Below are positions 12,700 through 29,863 of a stretch of DNA of 64,000 nt, in pieces (the first letter of the stretch is position 1; each line of letters starts with the position of its first letter). Position numbers and translations under genes: made by a program. Location of the stretch: NCBI RefSeq assembly GCF_009914755.1, contig NC_060926.1; one strand, 5' to 3'. The DNA comes from the human T2T-CHM13v2.0 reference genome, Homo sapiens. Below the pieces are notes generated by a model. The model did no database searches and was not told the origin of the DNA. It worked only from the letters and a program-made list of their open reading frames with translations.

Positions 12700-14830
12700 A
12701 GGAAAAAACAAGCCCATGCCTTTAAACATTGCAGTAAACCTGAGCTCATAATGAAAATTCACAAACACATGAGGAAAAAAGGTACCATAAGCAAGAGTCC
12801 ATTGTAAATAGTAGTTTTGGCCCATAGAAACATTAGATGCTAGAATTAAATGATATAAGTATATAAAATATATTTTTAAAAGGAAAGAGAAATACAAAAT
12901 ATGAGTAAAAAATGAGAATGTTTTAGAAAGTGAAAAAGTACCAATAAAATATCTTGATATCAAAAATATAACAATTGGCCAGGTGCGGTGGCTCACACCT
13001 GTAATTCCAACACTTGGAGAGGCCAAGGCGGGTGGATCACCTGAAGTCACAAGTTTGAGACCAGCCTGGCCAACATAGTGGTGCATGCCTGTAATCCCAG
13101 CTACTCCTGAGGCTGAGGCAGAAGAATCACTTGAACCTGGGAGGCGGAGGTAGCAGTAAGCTGAGATCATGCCACTGTACTCCAGCCTGGGCAACAAAGC
13201 AAGATTCTGCCTCAAAAAAATAAATAAATAAAGTAGCTATGCAGGACCATGGACTAGAGTTCAGGAGAGCACGAATTCTGCCTCCAGTTTTGAGCAACAT
13301 ATACGTTGTTCACTTCTCTGCCCTGACTCCTCATTATCCTCTAAGTTCCATGATGACAGGATTGTGGCCCCCTCATCGGCATATCCCTATGGACTGAGCC
13401 AGGCTTGGCACATACAAAGAGTCTAAATGCTCTAAAATAAAGGTTCAGAAATAAATAAATAAAGTAGAAAACTCGATGGATGAGTTAAATGGCAAATTAG
13501 ACATATCTGAAGGCAGAATTAAAGAACTGAAAAATAAATCTTGAGAGATACATACCATAATGACACAAATATAGAAAATATGAGTGAATAAAAAAAGCAA
13601 AGTGTAATGAAAGCTCTAACATGCATCTAATGAGTTCTCCAAAACTGAGTAATAGAAACAATGAGAGAAAAAACTATTTGAAGAACTATGACTCCAAATT
13701 TTCCAGAACTGAGGAAAGCCACAAACCACTAGAATTAGATAGTCCAAATATTCCAAGCAAGATTAACCAGAGACATCTATACTGAAGACATCATAGAGAA
13801 ACTGCAGAATGCTGAAGACAGAGAAGTTCTTAAAAGTAGTCATAAAGAAAAGATAAATTAACTAAAAATTTATTGATTGATTATTGCTGACTTCTCAATA
13901 GCACTAATGGAAGATAGGTAATAGTGGAATAATAACTTTAAGGTGTTTAGAGAAAATGACTGTTAACCTAAATTTCTATGGTTAGACAAACCATTTGTTC
14001 AAGATTGAGGACAAAATAAAGACATTTTGGATACCCCCAAACTGAAAAATCTTACAACCACTAGGTCTTCTCTAAAAAAATTAAATAAAATACTTTTAAA
14101 GGATTCACATCAGGAAGTCAGAAAATGATTTGAGAGGTAAGAAGAAATGTTGAGCAAAGAAAATGATAAACATGTGAATAAGTCTAAATAATGATGGTAT
14201 AAAATGAGGCCAATATCTATTCCATGAGATTGACATAAAACAAGACAGAAACAAAATACTGGACAAAAAATGCATATATCAGGAATGTACAAAATTGTTC
14301 ACACTAGAATGACTATGTTGGGTCTATTCCAAGAATGTATATTTGGTTTAACACTGGAAAATCTATAAATGTAAGTCATTGCATTAAAAAACTAAAGCAA
14401 AATGCTGTATCATCACCTCATAGATATAGCACATGCTTCTATTGTATGGAATACTACACAGCAATGAAAATGGACAGATTATAGCTACACATATATAATG
14501 GAGAGTAAAAACATTTTGAAAAGAATATCTACAGTAAGTTTCAATCACGTAAGTTTCACAAATATGCAAAAGTAAACAACATATTGTTATTCTGGATATA
14601 TGTATATATTCTAAAAAAATACATATAGTAAAATTCAAAAGCAAAGCAAGAAATTAGTAAAGAAATAATTGATTATAATATAAGTAACCTCTCAGAGGGG
14701 TAAGGAATCTTCAAAGGTATTGAAAATGTTCTATTTTTCAAACCTGGTAGTGGATTCACTAGTTTTCATTCTATTATACTTTAAAAACTGTAAGTTTATA
14801 TTGTTTCGTGTACATAAATTATTAATATTA
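12700..14830 (+). mobile_element. Ancient L1M remnant (ORF1-like and 3' end), interrupted
   Basis: A-rich L1M-like text such as aaaactcgatggatgagttaaatggcaaattagac; boundaries approximate. Confidence 0.6.
12977..13232 (+). mobile_element. AluS with internal deletion of the A-rich linker
   Basis: caacatag joined directly to tggtgcatgcctgtaatc; (TAAA)n tail. Confidence 0.85.
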
Positions 14831-15470
14831 GAAAATTTTTAATTTAATTTCAATTAAATTATAAATGCTTCAAAATTTGCTTCTCAAGTATGTAGGTAAG
14901 ACATCTACACAAAATATAAAAATAACAAAACACAAATCTTGTGTTTTGAATTAGAAATTAGAAAAAGGATTGAGAAACATGATTAAATTAGAAAAGGGTT
15001 GAGAAACATGAAGGAAGAGAAAAATGAGGCAAAAAGGCAACTATATAAAATATTCCCCAAAACAAAGCCAGACTAAAAGACATCACCTAAAAAAGATCTC
15101 ATTCATTACATTAAAATATGGCAAAAAAAATAGACAGCAATAACTGAAATGAGAGAGATTAAAGTATCAGAATGGTTCTGGAACTAGTTAGATGGTTTAG
15201 AGTCTTTTTCCCACCTTCTACTCTTTTTCCTTGTAAGAGCTAGAAAAAATCTCTATCTTCACATAAGGCATAACAAGCATTGCAATAACCACTTACTATT
15301 TGTCTAGTACATTATGGTTAAATACTGGTTTGCTGGAGATGACAAGATAAATAACAATGGAGTCTCTGATGTGAGGGAGCTTTTCTAATGAGAGAATAAG
15401 TTCAAACTTTAGCAGGTTAGAGATGAGGTATAACTTATTGAATGTAAAGATGGTTGGAATTGTAATATTC

Positions 15471-15847
15471 TGTGTGGCAGAGACATTAACTACCCACTGA
15501 GTCTACCCATGTTCCCTGCAGTGCCTAGCCCCCCTGCAGGTGGTGGGACCATGTGACAAGTTCTGGTAGGAGCCATAAGTGGAAAAGATGTGTGTCACCT
15601 GATGCCAAAGCATTAAAGGGTCAGTGTGTGATCTTCCAGCTCCTCTCTTCACCTGACCTAGAGATCTGGAAACTGTGTCCAAGGATCAGATCAGAGTGAT
15701 TACTGAGTTACTGCAATGAGAACAGGTGCCACGGAGAGTTGCCTAACCTGCAGAGCAGTTTGTGTAAGCAAGAAATAAAGTCTTGTGGAAAGTCACTGAG
15801 ATTTCAGGATTTGCTACTGTCATGTAACCTAGCATTATGCATGCACA
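15471..15847 (+). mobile_element. MaLR LTR (MLT1-like)
   Basis: ggaccatgtgacaagttctgg and aagcaagaaataaa...cactgagattt motifs typical of MLT1. Confidence 0.65.
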
Positions 15848-16003
15848 GCACTAAAGGGGAAAAAATCCTTCTGAAGACTTATAAAAAGACGTATGTCTAC
15901 ATATATGGAATGAATTGGAAAAACTATATGGTCTCTGAAAAGTCTCCCCGATACTCACCTCAAAAATATAATAAGAAAAATATAGATAAAAACATGGGCT
16001 TAC

Positions 16004-16134
16004 TTCACAACTTTGCCACTGGTTTGGGATACTTGGTCGAAACTTCTGGTCACAAACAACCTTTCTCATTTCCTCTATCGAGGGATCTGAAGGCACCATG
16101 TCATAATAAGGCAATTGGTACTCCTCAACAATTC
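16004..16134 (-). CDS. ACVR1C: ACVR1C exon 8 (131 bp)
   Basis: [43 protein letters not shown]; acceptor ttacag|GAAT, donor TGAA|gtaagc. Confidence 0.97.
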
Positions 16135-17039
16135 CTGTAAGAAATTTGTATAATAAATTTCCATGTGCAAATAATAAACAAACATGTCTATTTTAAATAA
16201 TACCAATTAAGTTTTCTAGGCACAAGTGACACCCCAGGGAACTGGAAAGTCAAGTTTATTAAAATAATGTGTCACTATAAAATCAAGGATATAAGTTTAA
16301 ATCATCCAGTTGAATAGTTACATAAAGTTAAATTTTGTATTATAAATGTTTTCATAACTGTAAAATTTATATAAGATTATATAAAATTATAATATATAAC
16401 ACATAATTTTATAATTATATAATATATAACATTTCTATAATTGTATAAAATAAATTTTATTTTTCTATTATTAAAATTATGTAAATTTTTACTCAATTAA
16501 AATGCCATTATACAATTTAAAAGTGATGCCTACTTTCTTCTGATTATGAAATTTGTAGCACAGCTTCATTGCTTTGTGAATGAAGTACGTATATTTTCCC
16601 ATCAGATAACTTTTTCAAAACAAAACAGCTTTCTCTCTTTGAAAACTTTTAGGCAATCTTTTTAACGTTGGGTTTCTTACATTTAGACTTTAGAACTACT
16701 GAACCTGAGAATGTTCTGGAGAAGAAGCCAAAGGTAGTTGAAGATAGACAGTTCAACATGAAGATTAATATTTAAAGAGTCTCAAAGACAAAGACGACCT
16801 CAATTATTAGAATACTACTTAAATTCCAAGAAATCCCTTATAAAATCTTTTTAATTAACTGCAGTGCTTTTAACTTAAAATATGTAAGACATGCCATAAT
16901 ACTAGACAACTAACTACAATTCACGTCTGCTAAATTACTATTTTTACAGTTGAAGAAAAGTTAAGGACAAAATCTAAAAGCAAATCTAGACTAATATCAA
17001 TATGAAATTTTTACAAAAAATTATTAACATGTTTGAAAT

Positions 17040-17700
17040 CTTGCTATCTGCCGTGCATTGCCTTAAGGCCTTTACAGGTTTTAACTAATCAGTCCTCAAA
17101 ACTACTGACTAAAGAAGGTACAACATTATTTCTGTTTTATAGATGAGGAAACTGAAGCACAGAATGCTATGAATTTGTTCAGAGACATAGAGCTAGTAAG
17201 TGGCAGATCTGGAATTCAAACCCTAGTGTCCATGTTCGGCACCACTATAATTCTATTGCTTCTATAAACAGTTGTAGATCCCTGAATGTTTTATAATATC
17301 ATCTATGAATAAAAGAGAAAAAGTATGTATGTTTGCTCATTCAGACATAATTTTAACCTTAGAAGCTTTGCATAAAGTCTGCAAGGTTTTTTAAAAAATG
17401 AGATTAATGTAATGCAAAATGACATCACTACAAAGTGCAGAAAAAAGACAATAGTTTAATAATGGCAGGTCTTTAATCGAATGTTTACTGTGAACAGGCT
17501 CTGTACTAAAAGCTTCACATGAATTAATTCATTAAATCCTTAAAGCCCATGGGATCAGTTTTTGTATTATCTTCATTTTACAGATGAGAAAATTACAACT
17601 AAGTAACTTGCCTGAAATCAGACATTCAAGGAATTGCTAAACCAACGCTTAGTCCTAAGTCTGTCTCACTTGAAAGTGGAAACTCTAAACCATTTTCTAC
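17040..17700 (-). mobile_element. Two MIR copies
   Basis: MIR cores ttttatagatgaggaaactgaagcacaga and ttttacagatgagaaaat; boundaries approximate. Confidence 0.65.
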
Positions 17701-17795
17701 CAGCATTTAACTTTTTCTCCACTGATGCAACTGTTTCATCAGACATATTTACAGGGCTTCCCCCTCCCTAATTCTTCCTCTCATTATTAAGTACA

Positions 17796-18027
17796 TTTTT
17801 TTTTTTTTGAGACAGAGTTTCGCTCTTGTTGCCCAGGCTGGAGTGCAATGGCGCAATCTCAGCTCATGAGCCACCATGCCCGGCATGCCTGGCTAATTTT
17901 GTATTTTTAGTAGAGACCGGTTTCTCCACGTTGGTCAGGCTGGTCTCGAACTCCCGACCTCAGTGATCCGCCCGCCTCAGCCTCCCAAAGTGTTGGGATT
18001 ACAGGCATGAGTCACCACGCCCAGGTG
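17796..18027 (-). mobile_element. AluSp-like with internal deletion in the right arm
   Basis: gtttcgctcttgttgcc and tttctccacgttggtcagg; TSD cattattaagt at 17782-92 and 18028-38. Confidence 0.82.
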
Positions 18028-18520
18028 CATTATTAAGTTCTAAACTACTGGGAGCAGTAAAGGTAGGAAGTTTGTCTTTGCCCACCTCTTCCCATACCTT
18101 TATCCAACCCTACAGTATTTATCATATCACAGGGAAGAAAAAAACAAGAAAAGCTTAAGAAACTGAACCCTTCAAGTCCTGTTGCCTCAGCAAATCATTT
18201 AACTTATTTGGGATATAAGTTAGGAATACCAGCTTACAGCTTACAAACTCAAATAATTTTCAAGTACTTCATAAAGTGTCACATGGAAACAAAAATTATC
18301 AGGGGAACTGTCACCCCACTAAGCAGTAATCACAATATAAAATCTCCATTACATGCAAGATATCCCACTTTTGCCACTGGAAATATATCACCAAAAGGTA
18401 TTCTCTTAAATACTAAGAAACTGATTGAATATAGTGCTTAGGGGAAAAAGATAGAATATCACATCTTGTATTCAGAGTATCAAGGAAAGGCAAACACAAA
18501 GGATATTTCCAAAATTTTAC

Positions 18521-18645
18521 CTCCGACTGAACACCTCCGGGCTATTTCCCAGTAAACCAGACCAACAGAATAGATGTCAGCTCGTTTGAAGGACTCAAAG
18601 ATATTCACATTCATTGTATCATCAAGCATTTCAGGAGCCATATAC
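18521..18645 (-). CDS. ACVR1C: ACVR1C exon 7 (125 bp): APE motif, subdomain IX
   Basis: [41 protein letters not shown]; acceptor tgaag|GTAT, donor GGAG|gtaaaa. Confidence 0.97.
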
Positions 18646-20136
18646 CTTCAAAAACATGTACATTTCAGATTCTGTCTATGACTTTATAGCAGTCCAGTAA
18701 AACAATCTTAATAAATTAAGATAGCTTATGCCATTTTAAAAGGCAGATTTGAAGCACTATAATAGAATAAAATTAAAGAATAATTATTGGCTCAACCATC
18801 AAGTGTGTTCAGCATCACTCCACCCATACTTTCTCTCAGTGAACAATTTTATTACACATTGGCTCCAAAAAAATATAGCCATGTTTGAACAAGAGTCAGT
18901 ATAAGAAATCTACAGTCCATGGGCCTGACTGAGCCTTGCTGTACTAGGGAGATTTTGGAGATTTCCCAGAATACTGAAGTGAGGATGCAACACCCTCCCA
19001 AGTTCTTGCAAGGGTGTTAGATCCCCTGAAGGAATCCAGCATCCAAGGCTTCCCTGAAGGTTCCTGATGTGGGGATAATCAGATGGGCAAGGTAAGGCTT
19101 TTCTTGTATAGGGAAAAGAAGTTCCTTAGGGCTGCCCAGTGTGAATAAACTGCCCGGAAGTGTTCCTGGGGCTTATGAAAGTCTCCCAGTGAATCACAAG
19201 AGGCATTCACAGGCACTGTCCTGGAATCTCAAATACGGCTTGAAGGCCAGGTATAGCAACTTAGAATTTCTCTACTCTCAAGGGCCTTTAACAACTCCAA
19301 GAAAATAGTTTGGTTGTTTCTAATTTCAAGGTCATGAACTCTGGAATTTTGCCAAAGTAATGTAGAGCCTGAAATTCAAGTAAAAATAATTGGAACTAGG
19401 CTGGCCATATGGCCACAGGCTGGCTATAGCAAGAAAAACACCAGAAATCCCATTCCTAATGGGCCTGACCTGACACATGTGTGGTATATGTTGTTACTTC
19501 ATGCTCATTCTTAATCTTCAGAGATTCTGTTCCTTGAAAGTGGGAATTGTATCCAAATTCATATTATCTTAATACATATCAATTTGGGAGATTTAATAAT
19601 AAGTAAAAATATAGGTAATACATAAATTGTTATATAATATATTTAAAGAATAAGGGAATATAGTAGCACATAAGTGTATTCAGCATATAGAGTCCCTACC
19701 TATCTATTTCAACATATTGATTCTGTGTCTGTTGTATAGAATCTGAGTATGTAGAACTAGTCCTGAGTTTCAGTTCATTTATGGGATATAAAGGCTTTGG
19801 AGGAGCTACATACTGCTGACATTTTTTTCTTATCTGTAGGAAAATGCATTCTCAGAAAATGGCACACTAAAAATAATACACTACTATCTCTTCCATCATT
19901 TCTCTCCACTGGACTCTGTACCTAAATGGCTGCAATCCATATGGCCCAAAGTGCCAGCTCTCCTTGCTTTATAACCATTGCACCCACTAACTTCTCAGTG
20001 ACCCAGAGAAGACTTCTGGATTTCTTGGGCCCAGTGGTTTCCTATTTGGACCTGAGCCTCCTCCACACACATGAGGACATTCATGCTTATTGGGCACTCT
20101 CACATCTTACTATGCTACCCAAGTCAGTCGTCTTAC

Positions 20137-20293
20137 CTCTTGGTTCCCACTTTAGGATTCTGAGGTATGTCGATAGTGTTCAGTATTGAATCATGCTTCA
20201 CAGCCAACCCTAAGTCCGCTATGGCACAAGTTTCACACTTTTTCACTAAGATATTCTTTGATTTTATGTCTCGATGAGCAATAGCAGGTTTAC
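20137..20293 (-). CDS. ACVR1C: ACVR1C exon 6 (157 bp): catalytic loop HRDIKSKN and DLG motif
   Basis: Manual translation [51 protein letters not shown](R); acceptor ttcatag|GTAA, donor AGAG|gtaaga; not in ORF track. Confidence 0.97.
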
Positions 20294-20665
20294 CTATGAA
20301 GCAAAGAAGAACATATTCATTTTTTTCTTTACCGGAGACTGTTCAAGAGAAATCATCCTGAAGACTTAGCTCAAAATGAGCTAATTCAAAAAGAGTTTTC
20401 TTCAAAGCTCTTGTCACTATCTAAATTAACTTTTTTATTTATGTACATGCTGAATCATCTGTCTCTCCCAAATAAACTGTAAACGAATAAGGACAGTAGC
20501 TGTTTTGTTCATCACCATGCCTCTATTGCTTAGAGCACTAGATGACTAGATCACTAATAAACATTTTTTAATAGATGGGGAAAGAATTAGTACTGCTATG
20601 TGCTCATAAGAACATGGCAAATATTGTTTTACAAAATAAGTCTGAAAACTTCTATTACCCCACAC

Positions 20666-21098
20666 CAGCAGTTCTCAATTGTAGCCAAAAGATCCCCAAG
20701 GTCCTTGCAACTCTTTTCTAACTACGCATCTGTGTGACGCCATCTTTTCTTCACATATTTCAACCAAAACAACATATGAGAACAGACAGAATGAAGAACA
20801 GGTATGAAAATCCAGACATTAAAACAGACATTAAAGGGATTTGCAACAATGTAAAACAAAACCATTATTTTCACTTAATCAGTTTTTGTATTAGAAAAAA
20901 AGTTGTTATATTTAAAATATTTATGTTAACATTTAATTGGTTATTTTAAGCAAATTAATAAGTACTTTTAAATTCCTCAGTTTTAATTTCTAATATTGTA
21001 AATAGTAATAGAGATAAGCTACATACACAAAAACCTTTGTAGTCCTCAATAATTTTAAGAGTGTAAAGAGATCATGAGTTCAAATGTGAGAACCACTG
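20666..21098. mobile_element. hAT-Charlie type DNA transposon relic
   Basis: Terminal inverted repeats cagcagttctc ... gagaaccactg around a Charlie-like interior. Confidence 0.6.
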
Positions 21099-21395
21099 CC
21101 CTGTCTAGACTAATTGACTCTCTAGAGCCAACCTCTTAACTCAACAAATAGAAATGGCAGTAGGTACTATTTAGCTTCAAGTACATGATATACAAATATT
21201 TTTTTCAAAATCATATTATACTTTCCAATTACTTTTTAATTATCAAAGGTAAACATTTAAATTATTTGTATTCTCTGGATATAGGACATTTGCCATTAAA
21301 GCAAGATCTCTGGGTACATATGCTAAATGGCAAAGATAGAACCACTAGGAATAAATTTTTAAAAATATTATTATGGATAAGATACAAAATAGTGA

Positions 21396-21775
<380 letters not shown>

Positions 21776-21875
21776 TAAAGAAATAATAATTAATTACTCC
21801 TAATAAATTAAAATATAACTAAGTACTTCTATCCTCATATTCAAAGTGGAAAAAAAATGAAAAGGAAATACATAC

Positions 21876-22043
21876 CTTGTGTACCAACAATCTCCATATG
21901 AAGGTGTGCCAGACCACTAGCAATTGAGAGCGCCAGCTTGATCATTCCAGCCACGGTCACTATATTTCTATTCAAATAGTCATATAAGGAGCCCTGTTCA
22001 TGATATTCAGATACCAGCCAAAGTTGAGTCCAAGTTCCATTAT
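21876..22043 (-). CDS. ACVR1C: ACVR1C exon 5 (168 bp): L45 loop and hinge
   Basis: [26 protein letters not shown]...HMEIVGTQ; the NKDNGTWT L45 loop is the SMAD2/3-type ALK4/5/7 signature; acceptor ttgttag|ATAA, donor CAAG|gtatgt. Confidence 0.98.
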
Positions 22044-23189
22044 CTAACAAGAAAACGTAATTTTGTTGTTGTAAATACATATTGAGAAAGAAGCCAAAAG
22101 CTTTTAAAAATATCAGTGTTTAATCTGTATTGTTAACAAAGCAAAGTTAATTGCTTCAGTGGTAATGCTTACAGTCCAAGTTAGTAAAGAAAAAATTCTC
22201 AATGAATTCCTGAAGATATTGATATGTTGGAACTTGTTATATGTGCCCACCATAAAAATAGAAAGTTGTGAGGTTGTGATTGATTCTAACAACTGAACAA
22301 CTCCTTTCTTATTTCCTCTGTATCAATACCTGCTGGCAATAGTAACCACATTATAGGAGAAACCACTGAGAGATGCATTTAGGCTCAGTGTGTGTTATAA
22401 ACTACTCTGAGCTTTTAAGAAAAATTATACCAATAAAGATCAGAAATATAACAAATTTATGCAAAGTATTATTTCTATCATAAAAGCTCTAACATTCTAA
22501 AAATGTTGATGTTATTCACCTTTCAAAATATAGAGTTGATTATTTTCCCCAAAAGCTTATAGTAAGAGCCAAACACAATTACTAGACATTTTCAAATAAT
22601 TTACCTCATTTAGCCAAAACCTAATCCAGCTTATAAAAGACTTTTAGAAAAGAAATTACTCTAAAACTTTTCTACATATTAGTAGAGTGAGCTTTAGCTT
22701 TTGAAATGAAATGTCTACAGTAACCCTGGGCAGTCCTGACCAGTTCTGACACTCAGGGAAAGGATCTATAATGAACATTTGCTAAGGACCTATCTGGCCA
22801 GATGCTGTATATATGACAGCTCTTTGTTATCCAAATATTTAATTTCCAAATCTGGGTAGTGATAAAATTTCCTAAGAATTTAAAAGTCAACATAACATGG
22901 TAAAGCTCATTAACATACAACATATAAAAATAACCCTTACTCACACCTCTCTCCCTGATTGACACAAGTGGCTATCTTGCCCTCTCACATCAATGCTTTT
23001 GTCAGACAGTTGACTAAAGAGTGAAACTGTCAATGTTGCAAAAGGTAAAGGAATTAAAAAATGAAAGTGAAGTTAGAGATCATTTGGAATCATGCAAAAA
23101 GCCACTGACAAGTTAAGAGATGATAGAGGTAGACCAGTTAAACTCAAGAAGAGAAAACCAAGGATAATATGTCTTGTGCATATTATTAT

Positions 23190-23528
<339 letters not shown>

Positions 23529-24237
23529 TAATCCAATAAACATCATGATTAAACTAGCCCATGAAGATGATCCATGTACAGTCATAACTGCTTTGACAGC
23601 ACTGCTGATTAATCCAACCAGTAGGCAGTTCAGCTCAAGATTAGGAGGGAAAAGAAAACATTCTTAACAGCTAAATGAGAAATGTCTCATCCTCAGTGAT
23701 CTGGATATAGTTTCAAAGTATATGTATTTACAAATTTGGAAAGAACTTTTTTGGTTAGCCATCTTGCCTTTACCCCATTTCTGCTTAGCAAATCAGAAAT
23801 GGCAAATCATCAGTAAACATAATTATGGCCAAAATGTGTGCTAAATGCTAAGCCTCTCTTTTTCCATCCAATTAATAATGAGTACTTTTATGATTAAGTT
23901 TATATTAGATAAAATTAACTATAGGTTCTTAATTTTCACAGGCAATGGTGGATCCTTGACATTAATAGATAATTTGTCTTAACCCTTTTTTAGATTGGGG
24001 TTACAATCTTGACTCTACCATAAAGTTCTTCATGAGTATTACTAACTGGAGCTAAAGTTTAAAAGTTGACTGAATCAAGTTTTCCTCACTTTTGTTACCT
24101 ATTAGGGGCACTAATGAACAGTTAGATGAGTAACAATTTCGTAAAAAAAAAGAGAAAAAGCATAGATAATCAACGAATTTTATATCAAATCTGTGATTAC
24201 ACAAGCATGGGTACAATATTTTATGAGTACTTATTTT

Positions 24238-26147
<1,910 letters not shown>

Positions 26148-26504
26148 AGTACTTATTTTAAATATCAGAAAGCTGATGCTCTGACTTGCTCCATGAAACT
26201 CAAAAAATAACAAACACTACTTGGCACCGTTAATGGTGGCCTCAAGATACAAATCATGCTCAAAGTAACATTAATAGAAAAGTTCACTAAAATGGTCTCA
26301 CTTGCCAGTATTCTAATACAATCAAAAGAGATAATATTTTCAGAAAATTTGAGTCTTGAAGATGAAGGCTGTCATACGGATGAAAAATACAGCCCTAACA
26401 AAGTTGAACATTCAGCTAGTATTAATTGGTATGTCTGTATTGGTTATTAAAATATTGAAATATTTCTGTCCTGGTTGGTAAATAGCTGCTATTCAAAACT
26501 CCTG

Positions 26505-26923
<419 letters not shown>

Positions 26924-27134
26924 CTACTTGAGGCTTCTGTTCTGATTAGTTGGTTCCTGCACCAAACCAGTCAGCAAACATTTTAAGCACCGCCCTGGCT
27001 ATCTGGACATCATGATTTCCCATCACTCATTTGCCCTGCTTCATTGTATGGTTATGTATATTTATCCGTTGGAAAGAGGAAAGGATTTTATATAAATTAG
27101 ACTTTCATATAGACTTTCTTAAAACGAAGAGACG

Positions 27135-27489
<355 letters not shown>

Positions 27490-27562
27490 TTATTTTTTCT
27501 TATCTGATACTAGACAACATTTTTTTTTTGAGACAGAGTCTCGCTCTAGACAGCATTTTTTA

Positions 27563-27850
<288 letters not shown>

Positions 27851-28569
27851 TTAAACACAAATGTCAGAAAAGAACTCTCAATAATCACTGTTTTCAGATT
27901 TTAAAAAAGCAAACATTTAAATGCTTTAATAATTTTATCTATTTTGAAGGAATAAGTACCATTATAGCAAACTTATTTAATGTCAAAGCATGCTGAAAAA
28001 AATACTTCAAATTATGAATATGAATTTGTCTTGTCGTATTCACAAGTAAAAATTTTTTGAACATAGCCTGCTGCTACAGATATCTGATTTCCAAGAATTG
28101 CTGCAAATCTCCTTCATTTGCCCATCAAAGCCAGTCAGGTTACTAAGTACACAAGAGTAAAAGCAAAAAAAAAAAAAAAGAAGTGTTAGCCTCTAAAATA
28201 AAATGTATGGTTCCTGGTACAACTGGAAGAGCAAAATAATTATTTGTGAATTTTTTCAAAAACCAAGCTCAAATTGGAAAGTGAAGAATCAAATACAATG
28301 ATCATGTGAGATAATGATATTACACTAAAAGCAAGATATAGTCAAATAAGATATCAAATGAATATTTTCTGCAGAACAAAAAAAAATTTTCAAAGAAAAT
28401 ATATCCTGAATGTATGTATAACGCTTATATTCTTTGAACTACTAACTCCACCTCTAGAATTCTGTCGCAAATACTTAATGCAAAATGTAGAAAAATTTAT
28501 GTCAAGATGTTTAATATCTTATTATTATTTATAGGAATAAAATAAGTAAAAGTGTCAGGTAATGGAATA

Positions 28570-28800
28570 ATTGTGAAATAAAGTGCAGAGATTAAGAGCA
28601 CAGGCGGATTCAGATTTCAGCTCTGCCACCTGGTAATCATGCACAAGTTATTTCACCTGTCTGCGCTTCAGCTTCTTCATCTGAAAAACTGGGGATAATC
28701 AATATTACGCATCTCGCAGAGATGATATGAGAATTAATAAGCATGTTCAGCACCTAGCACAGTATCTGGCATATTACATGTTCAATAATGGTTAACATTA
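28570..28800 (+). mobile_element. MIR
   Basis: ctctgccacc...gcttcagcttcttcatctgaaaaactggggataat core. Confidence 0.65.
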
Positions 28801-29522
28801 TGTTAATCTTAGGATGGCTTACTCAGAGCCAATAATAATGATGATGCTTATGAAGAAGTATCTAATAACATGAAAAAATACTTTTGCTATAATATTAAAT
28901 AAAAACAGCATAGTACATTTTATTCTTATAAATATAAGTGTATCTAGCTATTCAAAATATGCACAGAAAATAAGACTCAAAAGGAAGCATGCTAAATGTT
29001 ATGATGGTTATTTCTCTTGGTGAAACCGGGGTGAGTTATGATAGTCTTCTTTCTAATTTTCCACATTTTCTTAATTTCCACAATTGATATTTATTGCTCT
29101 TAAAATCAAAGGAAAAATAGTTAAAGAGGTTACAGTCTACATTTATTCTGAAAAGTCACATTTAGTTACTGTTTTTGTACTCAGACAGCTAGGGAACCCT
29201 CATAGCAATGACCCTGTCTTGCAGGGGCTTTGGTCCCTGCACCTAAAACTAGTCACTGTTCATTCACATGTTCTCATATGGACATATAAGCACAGGCTAA
29301 ATAAGCACAGACTACAAATCTGCTGTTACGGATCTCAACAATTAGTCACAAAACCCTACAGGAAGAAAGTTCTTTTGAAATTATCTGGTTCAACCCTATC
29401 ATTTTAGAGATGGCAAAACTGAGGCCCCTCGATAATCAAAGTCTTTCCCAGGATTATGCTGCTAGTGAGAGGCAGACCTAGAACTAAAACACTGATCTTC
29501 AGTGCAAACTGTTCCTGTCTAG

Positions 29523-29863
<341 letters not shown>

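Noticed and set aside
16340-16500. AT-rich quasi-palindromic (TATAA)n stretch near exon 8
   Set aside because: Low complexity; symmetry is expected from base composition.
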